This document shows, piece by piece, positions 49,131 through 60,866 of a stretch of 64,000 nt of DNA. How positions within the stretch are numbered: the stretch's first letter is position 1; every line of letters starts with the position of its first letter. The stretch is from contig CM119376.1 in the NCBI GenBank assembly GCA_051294905.1, positions 1,798,001-1,862,000 on the forward strand, given 5' to 3'. This stretch comes from Botryllus schlosseri. Lineage: Eukaryota. The notes beneath the pieces are model-generated. The model worked only from the letters and a program-made list of their open reading frames with translations. It did not search any database and had not been told where the DNA came from. A program made the position numbers and the translations under genes.

Positions 49131-49657
49131 CAGGGTTGTAATGACTCGAGTCACGATTTTCTGATGACTCGAGTCATTTTCACAAAATATGGAAATGACT
49201 CGACTTGGACTCGAGTCATTGCGCATGATTCGAACCAAGTCATATGACTCGAGACTCAGACGACCAAGACCTACATTCCATTGTAATTTCAAAGAATAGT
49301 ATGGTAACCATACTGTGGGATTTCGTCTATTGGTACTGGAACTTGAAAATGCGACCATAAACTGATCAAAGTGAATAAGATTATTACATTATAAATGCGA
49401 ATCATTCGATATCACCAAATAGAGTTATAAAAAGTGGCTTTAACAAGACTTTTAACTGGAAACTGAGCAGTGAACACGATGACTTGGACTTGTACTCAAG
49501 TCGTAATACCACAACTCGGACTCGACCCTCTGCTCGCTGACTTAGCCACAGACTTGACTCGGTGGGGAATTGAAAATGACTCGACTTGACTCGAGTCAAA
49601 ACTATAAAAGTGAGATTGACTTCTGACTCGGAGCCTTGAGACTTGGTTACAACCCTG
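49131..49657. mobile_element. GACTC-array MITE, full copy
   Basis: cagggttgtaa...ttacaaccctg; TSD ctttggaa/ctttgtaa. Confidence 0.8.
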
Positions 49658-52649
49658 CTTTGTAAGCAGAAATGGTGATATTATTATATTGTTAGGTTGC
49701 CTAAAAACGCTACAGGCCGAATTTGACTTGATTCCAACTGGTACATGTGAACGCAGAGGAGTTTCAAAACTTTGTATGTATTACTGCTGACGATTACCCC
49801 TGGCGAGTGTCAGCCGAAAATATTCGGGTTCATTTCAATATGATTATACTCCTCAACTGTATATTAAAGTTCAGCACCTCCGAGAAGCTATTAAAGTTAT
49901 TTTGCTGTAATGTTAGAATTATTAATGAAAAACTCAAATGACTTTGCTTCTACGTGTTGGAATTACGTCAAATTTGTTTGCATTGTTTTTGTAGACAACT
50001 TAACTATTTCATGGGGTTGATTGTAAAATCTGAAGAAATTTCCATAATCTTTTATAATATATATTCAAAATATTCAAACTCCTGTGCGTTCACATCTACC
50101 AGTTGGAGTCGAGCCGAAGTTTGTGTGCAGCGTGTTTTGGGCAACCTAACAATTTAATCAGTGAATCCACGGAATCCAGGAAAAAAAAGCTATTTTTGAA
50201 CAACCCTAGCGTGCAGTCACTTTCGCGCGTCTGCCCGTAGGTCAGTAATCTATACTTCGGCGCTTGTTGAAGATCTGTTTTTTCTATTTTGTTACGAATG
50301 CTATGATGCGAGGGACTTATCTGTTAAACGCGAATATATTATATAATGACACTGTTTCTTTCGTTTTAAAGCTTTCTCTTTACAACTCTATATCGTAATT
50401 GATCGGGTGATTCTAACTACCCAGGTTCAACCGCTTTACAAATGTTAACAACAGGATGTATGGCTTGATTTCTGCGATCCACTTTCTTAGATGCGTATTC
50501 AACAGTTACCATGCCATTTCCTACGACTGCTGCATGGGATCGTTAGCCTTACCAGTATTTGAAACTAGAGACCTTCGCCGATAGCCCCGACATACTCAGA
50601 TTATATTCAAAAGATATGGCATCTAGATCTTAGGCGTACTTCCAAAACTTAAGGCATTTAATTGAGCAGCTTTACAGCCTTTGTTATACTTGGGCATGAA
50701 ATAAACTAGAAAGGCTACGTTTGGACACCTGTAATGTTAAGATATGTAGAATTAGATCACTATTCCCAGTGTAGGAGTCGCAGATTGTAGTTCGGCCTCT
50801 CTACTACCGTACTGTGAAGTCACGAAATTAGCCGAGATTTTTTACCTCTAACGTCTGATGTCGATTATTTCCTGTGAAGTGTGATAATCGGTCTGGCTCT
50901 AGTTGAAACGCACATTGGTAAATTACGATTGACATTGAATGGACAAACAATACGTTACTCTTCAAAGAGTTCAAAAATCAGTATCACGCCATCCATATTA
51001 GCGCAAGCCAGTTAATGATCGTTAATAATATCTGCTCAAATGCTCTGACTGGTTGAGCAAAACTCCCCCCTTATTATAACGGACTACATCCCTCTTCAAG
51101 TGTGAACCATTTCTATATGTACATGTCAGCGTTTGCGACAGTCCTGGTAATGTGTCAGTGAATACAGCCAAGGATATTTAAAGTGTATTCTCGCCGGAAC
51201 TAAATTTTAGATGGTCTGTTAGTTCTGATGTGGATTTGTCTGTGATTACATAATGTAACAGGATCGAAGATTATTATATCACTGAACAATATCTCCTGCC
51301 CATGACATACGTGGTCATTGTCACAAACATTTCTACATTGCATGTCACGCTCTTGCGTGGCCGTACATTTCGTGGTCACTGCGCCAGGGATTTTGATTTT
51401 CCACTCTTTTTTAATTCAACAAGTGGGACCATACTTTCGTCATCTTAACTCTGTTTCACCATGCACTTTACGTTGAAAGTTCATACCTCATAGGTCTGAC
51501 GAACGGCTTGCACTAACTGTGCTAGCATGCGATGTGCTATTTGACTTGTGGGTTATGTTTGTATTGCATAGCGACTGCGGCCACATTATTGAACTTGAAT
51601 TGGCATTTGTAGGATCATCCTAGAACAACAGCCTGGTGCGCTTTCTAATATCATGTTAGGCTGCATGGCTGAGAACGAATGAAATGCGAATGACATAGCG
51701 TGATCTTTTTTTGTGTTACGAAATTCTTGTTGAGAAAATATATTATATCTGTGGAGTCAAGCATCCGTGCGGGAATATCTGAGCGGCTGGGGTGAGATGA
51801 GATTTAAACAATTTGAAAAAGATTTGCTTTTCCGAGCTAGATTAGAATTGGAATTATAGCTATTTTTTCAAATTAAGTTACGGTTAGAAAGAACTATACG
51901 AAAGTCAAGTTCAGGTCATATAAAATAGTTCATTCTCATCAGCACGAGGATGGCTAATGTCTGCACGCCAAGTTCTTTTTTCTAGGAAAATTAACGTAGA
52001 TTTCAAATTACAGCATGGAGATACCCTTCACGAATTAGATTAGAATTAGATTACCGGTGTTTTGCTTTAATTCGACAATTAGAACTAGACTAGATTAGAA
52101 TTATCTATAGTTACCCCAGACTGGGTGAGCTAGGCAGCCCCTTGGTATATGGAGTCTGGACCACGACCGAAAATTATTAAGACGACTAGCGTGGAATTTT
52201 GGCGCTGGATCAGATTTCATAGACAGAGTCGCGTGTGGCAGAACAGCAACACGGCGGTTTGAGAGTTGGCCCGGGCAGTTTCACGGATTTAATCATTCTT
52301 GTGTTTGCTGCCTTTATGCTGTTGCATGTGGATGATGTGAAGTAGTCGAAATCTATACGCAAGACGGATCATATTCCACAAGGCTATGGCTCGGTGTAAG
52401 GTAAGTCATTGGAATCCCTATATTCTGGATGACCGAGCCGCGCAAAAACGTCGTATCTCTGACTGCCGGGCTGCCGAGAGAAACGGAAAGGAGGTGTGTC
52501 AATGATCAGTTCAAAAACCAGAATGTATATTTAGAGTTCTTAGGGCTTGTTAGATGCTGGACTGACTGACAACTCAATTGAACGACAGTCGAGTGCGTGT
52601 CAGTGACAAATACCTATAACAGTTAGAGTTCAGGGTTGAGCTCGATTAA

Positions 52650-53180
52650 GGTTAGTCTACCATACGTCCTCTTTTAGGAAGATTTGACCTCTTTTTTCAA
52701 AGTGTCCTCGGAGGACGCCCGAAGTCCTCTTTTTTGATAATTTTGGTTAAATATAGGGTAATATTCGACTGAGAAACATAAAATCAGCACTGTAGTAACA
52801 CTAGGGTTGGTATATTTTGGAAATGGGAAAAGAGGACACTTTTTAAGAATTTTCAAACTTGCAAAATCGGAGCTAAATCCTGAAAAATGGTAAATTTTCC
52901 CACGTCGTGGACGGTTGACTAAAAAGAAATGGTCAGCTTTCCGGCCCGAATCCCGAAATACCGGTTTTTCTTTCACGTTGTCCGTTGGTTGCATAAAAAA
53001 AATGTTCAACTTACCGGCCCAGCTCCAGATATACCCGTCTGAGCGTTACTTCAGTGCTGATTTACTGAGCCTCAAGTCGAATTTTGCCCTATATTTAACC
53101 AAAATTCTCAAAATAGAGGACATTTGGGCGTCCTCCGAAGACACTTTCAAAAAAGTCAGAAAAGAGGACAAACCCTAGCT
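52650..53180. mobile_element. Foldback MITE with ~105-bp imperfect arms
   Basis: 52666-52772 is the reverse complement of 53071-53169. Confidence 0.65.
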
Positions 53181-56100
53181 TAGGGTTGCCATACGTCCGG
53201 AATTTCCCGGGCATGTCCGGAATTTCACTTCACTTCGTCCGGGAGGAATTTCCAAAATATGCCTAAATGTCCGGAATTTTGAAGGCTTGAAGTAAAATCA
53301 TAATTTTCTCGTAAATCAACATAAACAACATTATTTTGGCTAGATTTATGCTACGTGAATTTTTTCTTCGTGCTGCGCGCGATTTCGCATCACATGTATT
53401 GGTTTTAATATGGGGCAAACCACCCTCGCAAAAATTGCGATCAAAAATTTATAAAAATAGCGTTCATTTACAGAAATGAGTCTAATTATAATCGCCGTTT
53501 ATTTGATGCTTTGTTCAATGATAGTGGTTCTAAACCTGGGTTAGTTTGCCTTTATTCTGGGCTTCGCGAAGATGTTGAACGTAATCAGCTTTCAAAATCG
53601 ACTGTGAGTAAGTCTGGGTAAATTTGCCGACATTTAATTAAATCAGCTTATCAAATTTGGAGCTGGGCCACGGCAAATTGAAAATGGAGTCGCGCCCATA
53701 AAAGGTGGGAAGCTACCGGATTTGGGGTGTTTATATAGCTCAGTGGCGCAGTGCGCACCGGCTTTAGGCTGATAAATAATCTTGTCGGTGTGACACGAAC
53801 ATGACTTAACAATGTACAATTACGCTCCTTGCATTTTCGAAGTCATCCTCCTCCACCAGCTAGCTCTGTACCGCTAACTCTGATCATGTGGGCGGAGAGA
53901 GGATCAAAATTGTAGAGTAATATGTGAAGGAACCAGCGAGTTGGATCAATTGTAATTTGTAATTGTAATTGAATGTAATTAATTACATTTTTCAATGTAA
54001 TTGTAATGTAATTGTAATTGAAGCATTTTTATTTTGTGTAATTGTAATTGTAATTTGACAAAAAATTTGCTCAATTACAATTTCAATTACATTAAATTGC
54101 TATTGAGACCGGACAAGCACAACATAAAATAATTGACTTATAATGCATTCTCTTTAAATGTCGACAAGGAATTTGGTGGATCCATTCGCGGAAGCCCTTG
54201 ACTGCGCCCTTGCGGGCGAAGTTTTTTTTATTTTTACCGCTATGCTGGCCTCGGCTGCCATTGTATACAATTCTTAGATTACTAACCAACGGATGGATTC
54301 GCAACACGTGACTCACGATTGAATACGCCGAGAAGCCAACTGCTGAGCCGGCTAAAAGCAGCAGAATTGATAGTCCCATAGCTGGCGATCCAAGCGTCGA
54401 AATTTGATATGTATGGTCCTAATCGAAAGCTAGGGTCGCACTGATTCCGCAATAAAAGTATATTTCCAGGCAATGGTACCATCCCAAAATAGTCGTGAAA
54501 GTCTGGGAATCGGCATTGTTCTGAACAATCGCTGGGCGTAATTGGTAATTGTTGTGGTCATGCTGCTGCAGCGCTCTCACTTTTCAGAACAGTCGGCCTT
54601 GAACGGCGATTTTGGAGCAGTTACATTGCCCTGACGAGATTTTATTTTGTATTTTCGGAATTAGTACATCAATAGATTACGATAAAGACCAGATGCATCA
54701 AATTTGGACGCATGGATCGCCAGCTCTAGGACTACAAAGTTTGCTGCTTTTAGCCGGCTCTGCAGTACGTTTGTCGCTGCATTCATCCGTGACTCACATT
54801 TTGCGCATCTATCTATAGATAACTAACCTACGGATAGATGGGCAACACGTGATTCACGGTCGAGAGCCCAGATGCCGTCAGATTTGTTGTCGCTTCATAG
54901 CATGAAGCGGCAGGTTGTTGGCCAGATTGATGTTTGGTGCAGGGCAATCACGATGTTCAGGTTATTTAGTGACACAGTACACAGCCACTGGCCCGGCTAT
55001 CATTGCATTAATATCAGGAGGATATTTCATGAGCATAATAAGTCATGATATTCACTCTACTATTAATTGGATTCAATATTGACTTCGGCTGTGATTTCCT
55101 TGAACTATTTTGGTTTGTCTAATCATTAGAGCGGCCATGTTTTGACATGTCAAAATTTGTCAAAATCGTAATAGTACAAAAGTTGCCTATTTCTGAGCCA
55201 AAAACGTTTTTTGATGCTAAACTACTTCGTTAGGACAGCTATAGTTCCTACCAGAAATGAAGATCTAAGAAGTTGGCTACAATTTTAACATTATGTGGTC
55301 AAAAAACGCCCTAATAATCAGAGATAGGTTTTAGTATGTAGTGCTAAATAAAGAGAATATGTTTTCATAATCCAGTCATAATTGATATGGAATAATTATA
55401 TTTCGAATTACTGACTGAGGATATCATGTGTGCGTAGGGCTTGGCACAATGATTCTCGAATCTGAACATAATATGATTGCGGTGGAGGATGCATCAACGA
55501 GTCACAACTGGAGCTATTTCAATTCAAAGTCAGCTGTCATAAAATAATCCAGTTTTTGGGCAACACAGTCTTCTTGCTTTGCATGTTGATACTGCCTAGC
55601 CATGCAAAGATTCCTCCTATGTAAAAAAAGAGGTAAACCAACACTATGGCTGAAACCTTGACGTTGGTGTGTTGGCTTTTGTCCAATATCAGCTGGCAGT
55701 CCACTTCGCAATGGTGACATATCAAACTGACACATATTTCCTCAGTATTTATTATTTTCAATATTTAATATTATATTATATATATTATTCAATCGACTTT
55801 CGCTTGGGTATTGGGGATGCATCGTAGGGCTTTGCCGATCTTTTCATTGCCTTTGATTGGGTGACATGATGGATGTCGTACGCTAGCTGTGAAATATCCG
55901 GATTTGTCCGTCTTCTCCCCATTTGTCTCTGTAATCACAATCCCAGTCAATAATCTAACGCAGGGGTGAGCAAACTACGGGCAAATTCACGCAGCCATGC
56001 AATTCTTTCATCGTCCAGGCTGCATATCGGATAACTAATGCGGCATGTGACGATATTGAACCATCTGTTTTAGGTCATAAAATCAAGCCCCTTGTTATAT

Positions 56101-56287
56101 GAGTGAAAATTCGTTACTCGTACCTTTCCATCATCAGAACAAAATCAGATGTACCGGTTGCTCCCATCCCTTTCAAACAATTTCCAACTTTGTGACTCAA
56201 TACAGCCGTAGCCAAACTGACATTCATCTGGCATGAAAAACAGTCACATTTCAGCCCAGTGAATGATTGCAAGCGCATCATCTATAC

Positions 56288-56672
56288 CAGTGCTTCTCAA
56301 CCTATTTCAGTTCGCGTCCCACTTTCCATCCAGATTTCATTGCGTGGCCCACCACACATCCTTTTGCGACAAACGTTCAAACCACTACAGACAATAGAGC
56401 GAATAGCTGCGGGACTCGTGCACTTTGGGACCAAAAACTCATTTTCTCCGTAAGGCTGTAGTGAGTTTAGTCCGAAAGTGCACGAGCCCCGCAGGTCCGT
56501 CAATTACATGTTCCAGAATCATCATCCAAAGTGGAAGAAAGCGTTGAAAATTTTGACATTTTTCGACTTGGTCTTCGTGGTAGAGAACAGATCTACAAAT
56601 TGGGATATATCATCGTTTCTTAAAATGTCTTCGCGGCCCAAGTGGACGCAGCCAACCGGTTGAAAAGCACTG
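56288..56672. mobile_element. Charlie/Buster-like hAT MITE
   Basis: cagtgcttctcaacc...ggttgaaaagcactg; TSD atctatac/atctagac (NTCTAGAN-like target). Confidence 0.75.
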
Positions 56673-57539
56673 ATCTAGACCAGAGGTGTCAAACATATTT
56701 TTTGCCTACTTTAGATCGTGGATTTAAATTAACATGGGCCAATGGAAGTCCCGACTGGTAAAGTGCCAGGCTGCGCGACTCCACGTCAAACAGTTTTTGG
56801 ATATCCGTCCATAATATATCTTGCCCTCTCCCATTCATGTTCATGTATCGAGATCCCTCTGCTTTCGATGAATAGAGAGTTCCGGAGAGTTCCGTCTGTT
56901 AGGATATAAGAATATATCGGGTATGGAATTTTGGGACTGTTTTCACATGGTAGGCCTACTAACATTTAATTTTCATAAGTCAAGTAATACCCAGAATTTT
57001 CGTTGCGCTTCGCGCGCGGTAGATACGGTGTGACAAATATGTGTAAACGAAAGTATCACTGAATATAATCTAAGATATCGGGTTACGTTCACACAGCATC
57101 ACAGTAACTATGACCCCCCCCCCCCCCCACCATAACATTTGATACTATCGTTTCGCAATCTAGCAGTAACATGACGTGTCCAAATCCGGAAAAGTGAATA
57201 TTGACTTTTTTTAACGTTAGACTTAGACCTGTTCTAGCAGACCACCGTTGAAACTTTCTGGACAAACGACACATTATATATTACCGCTTTTTTGTATTTC
57301 TCTTCAAATTACGGGCATTATTGTCATTGTTTCAGTTATTTTGTAAACATTTTGAAAACATACGAACTGCCATATTTTTAATTAACGTTTACTAATCGCG
57401 CAAAGTGTTGAAGCCGTATCCGACACAACTTGTCACCAATGCTCATCGACTAAACTAGGCGCCTTATAATATGGGGGAGGGCGCCATGCCATGATATTCT
57501 CTAAAACGGGGTGTTCAAGTAAACAAAGAATTAGTAGCA

Positions 57540-57862
57540 CATTCCATATCAATACTATCATTTACATCCCATGATATGGACGACTGCCTATTCTGTCAAA
57601 AATTGACCCCGCCTGGGATGGATCAATATGAATCAAGCTCTTTACTCCTTCCTCATAGCTTTTGGCAGTCCATGCGAACGAATTACAATAGTTTTCAAAA
57701 CTACTTACTTGAGTAGCTTCAAAGTCAGTCAATTCTACTTCTACTCCATGTAGTTTTAGGTTGCTTATGGAAGAAGTACTTTTACTCATACTTGAGTAGA
57801 TTTTTTCATCGCTACTTCTATTTCTACTTGAGTAGCTTTCTTGACTACTTTGACCACCTCTG
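57540..57862 (-). mobile_element. AGTAG-repeat hAT MITE fragment
   Basis: Reverse-complement homolog of about 15095-15430; ends ...ctttgaccacctctg. Confidence 0.65.
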
Positions 57863-57999
57863 GTAGTGCTCACCGTATTACAATTATATGATCTAAAATT
57901 ATCAGGTAAAGCTACCTTGAGGAGATACTGAGGATCGGAGCATAGAAAAATTGGACTTACAGGAGCGTACGGATTTGGATCAGTAAAGAGTCCATCTAA

Positions 58000-58179
58000 T
58001 GGTATCTTCTTTGTTCCAGCAATAACCTAGGCCTAATTTTCACGTCACGGAATATGGTGGGTCTATGCGATCGTCTCATCGAAGAAATGCCCAAGTTGGC
58101 CCTTGGAACGTTCACGCAAGATGTGCTAGAGGCATTTTTTGGAAATTTAGTAAGATACTTAAACGTAATAAGGCGTTAG
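58000..58179 (+). pseudogene. P-element/THAP9-type transposase remnant (catalytic Glu region)
   Basis: WYLLCSSNNLGLIFTSRNMVGLCDRLIEEMPKLALGTFTQDVLEAFFGNL; matches the GLIxT...LCxxL...QDxLExFFG signature; below the ORF-track cutoff. Confidence 0.7.
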
Positions 58180-60866
58180 ATTATTGACTGGGATTGTGAT
58201 TGCAGAGACAAATGGGGAGAAGACGGACAAATCCGGATATTCCACATCTAGCGTACGACATCCATCATGTCACCCAATCAAAGGCAATGAAAAGATCGGC
58301 AAAGCCCTACGGCTACGATGCATCCCCAATACCCAAGCGAAAGTCGATTGAATAATATATATAAGATAATATTAAATATTGAAAATAATAAATACTGAGG
58401 ATATATGTGTCAGTTTGATATGTCACCATTGCGAAGTGGACTGCCAGCTGATATTGGACAAAAGCCAACACACCAACGTCAAGGTTTCAGCCATAGTGTT
58501 GGTTTACCTCTTTTTTACATAGGAGGAATCTTTGCATGGCTAGGCAGTATCAACATGCAAAGCAAGAAGACTATGTTGCCCAAAAACTGGATTATTTTAT
58601 GACAGCTGACTTCGAAGTGAAATAGCTCCAGTTGTGACTCGTTGATGCATCCTCCACCGCAATCATATTATGTTTAGATTCGAGAATCATTGTGCCCAGC
58701 CCTACGCACACATGATATCCTCAGTCAGTAATTCGAAATATAATTATTCCATATCAATTATGCCTGGATTATGAAAACATATTCTCTTTATTTAGCACTA
58801 CATACTAAAACCTATCTCTGATTATTAGGGCGTTTTTTGACCACATAATGTTAAAATTGTAGCCAACTTCTTAGATCTTCATTTCTGGTAGGAACTATAG
58901 CTGTCCTAACGAAGTAGTTTAGCATCAAAAAACGTTTTTGGCTCAGAAATAGGCAACTTTTTACCACTACGATTTTGACAAATTTTGACATGTCAAAAAA
59001 TGGCCGCTCTAATGATTATACAAACCAAAATAGTTCAAGGAAATCTCAGCCGAAGTCAATATTGAAACCAATTAATAATGGAGTGAATATCATGACTTAT
59101 TTTGCTCATGAAATATCCTCCTGATATTGATGCAATGATAGCCGCGCCAGTGCCTGTGTACTGTATCACTAAATAACCTGTTGTGATTGCCCTATATCCT
59201 ATCTGCACCAAACATCAATCTGGCCAACAACCTGCCGCTTCACGCTATGAAGCGACAACAAATCTGACGGCATCTGGGCTCTCGACCGTGAATCACGTGT
59301 TGCCCATCTATCCGTAGGTTAGTTATCTATAATCTATCCGTGGGTTGGCAATCCACAATACGATTTCAGATCACGATGCTGCATCGTTATTTCGTCTGGC
59401 TAACTAACCAGACCACTGGATATTATATAACGTCTTATCTGACAAAGCACGGTTTTGTTTTTACTCCTCATCCTAATTCCTACGTCCCTCGATAAAGATA
59501 ATATTATTTCTTTAATTATATGCTATATACGCGAATCCAACACGTGCATATATTATAATACTTTTTCAACGACATACTGCACCCTATCCTTAATCCTAAC
59601 CCATAGGAAATTAGGTAAAAAACATTTTACATTTCCAATTACGTGAGCCATAATTACCGAGCATACAAAACACGTCACAATGACATCTTACATAGCATAA
59701 TATGTACGGCATAAACGCATTTATTACTACACAATCTGAACTAGACTTGAATTGTTGTTAAATACGACGCTACGGTTGTCAAGGAGCACGGTTGAATTTA
59801 TGATTATTCAATTACATGTTCAACAGCAGTAATTGTAATTGTAATTGTAATGTAATTGAAGCATGCAAGGAGTAATTGTAATTGTAATTTGATATTTTTA
59901 GCATGGAGTAATTGTAATTGTAATGTAATTGAAACATTCATGAAAGTAATTGTAATTGTAATTGTAATTGAACTGAAATAATGTAATTGATCCAACTCTG
60001 GAAGGAACCAGTAGTATTGACATAATTCATTCAAATCATTTACCGACCATTATGCATATACTAAGCCCCCAGAAGTTGCATCCATTATATACTACGGAGG
60101 GCCCAAAATTAATGTTTATTTGTGGATGATGGGCTGACAAAATGGGGCTTCGAACCTGGTTACAACTTACAACACACAACCATATACTCCTTAACCGGAT
60201 TGTGACCACTTCTAGTCGATAGACAAAGCTTTGCAGGTGTGACGTCATATTACTGGACAATGTGCTCATACCTCATTTTAAAATCCACTAGTGGGCGCTG
60301 ACGAGCGTCCGGAATTTGTGTCACAAAAATATGGTAACCCTACCCTAGCTCAATGGATCGTCCACATACAATGTGTCGTTCAAAGTAACCGTTTATAGGG
60401 GCACTTATCAATGTTCAAACTGTATTTATGTCACTCAAACGAATAAAACAGCACTATTCAATGTGTCACGAAAATGAACTGTATAGTGTTAATGTGACTC
60501 AGTCGATGCAAGTACATTACACGCCCTTTGTCAATGAGTCTATTTAAAATACTTTTACGATCAAAATTACACAACTTGTATGTGCCCAGCTGTTTAAAAC
60601 AGCGAAAGACTTGCAACGAGATTAGACCACTTATCTATATAGTAGTATCAAATGCCATTTTTACTGTACCAAGTTCAAGTATATTCATAAAATTTCATCA
60701 CAAGACTGCAATACAATGAATGATAGGAAGATGCCGAAACGGCTAGGAGTAGTGTTTGAGATCAGACATCCCACCTCGGCCTAGACGATGTAAAGAGGAG
60801 GCATGCACACTGAATGAAAGTACAAGAAGATAAAAGCAGGTGACGGAAGGCGAGATCGATATGTCA

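Larger units (their letters stand above)
54814..59331 (+). mobile_element. Foldback P-superfamily (Galileo-like) element with ~1.15-kb TIRs
   Basis: Arms 54814-55961 and 58173-59331 are diverged reverse complements; 7-bp duplication atctatc; P-type transposase remnant at 58000-58179. Confidence 0.7.
53934..60000. mobile_element. hAT-type element with (GTAATT)n subterminal arrays (6067 bp including nested inserts)
   Basis: cag(c)gagttggatcaatt...aattgatccaactctg; exact TSD gaaggaac. Confidence 0.88.
53181..60342. mobile_element. TAGGGTTGCCATA-family element expanded by nested insertions
   Basis: Same termini as 24062-25184; exact TSD ccctagct (53173-53180, 60343-60350). Confidence 0.85.

Noticed and set aside
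5574-49657. GACTCGAGTC/GACTT palindromic arrays as CRISPR-like repeats
   Set aside because: No constant repeat with unique spacers and no cas genes; arrays sit between TIRs with 8-bp TSDs in a eukaryotic genome.
50200-52620. Possible additional gene downstream of WDR20
   Set aside because: No consistent exon chain or recognisable peptide found; only isolated splice-like motifs.
54092-54818. Signal-peptide-like ORFs (MGLSILLLLAGSAV; QSLLLLAGSAV) as a secreted peptide pair
   Set aside because: They are the two inverted termini of one element read on opposite strands, and one runs into a GTAATT array.
57562-57873. 103-aa Ser-rich ORF
   Set aside because: It lies within an AGTAG-repeat MITE; the homologous copy near 15095 does not preserve the frame.
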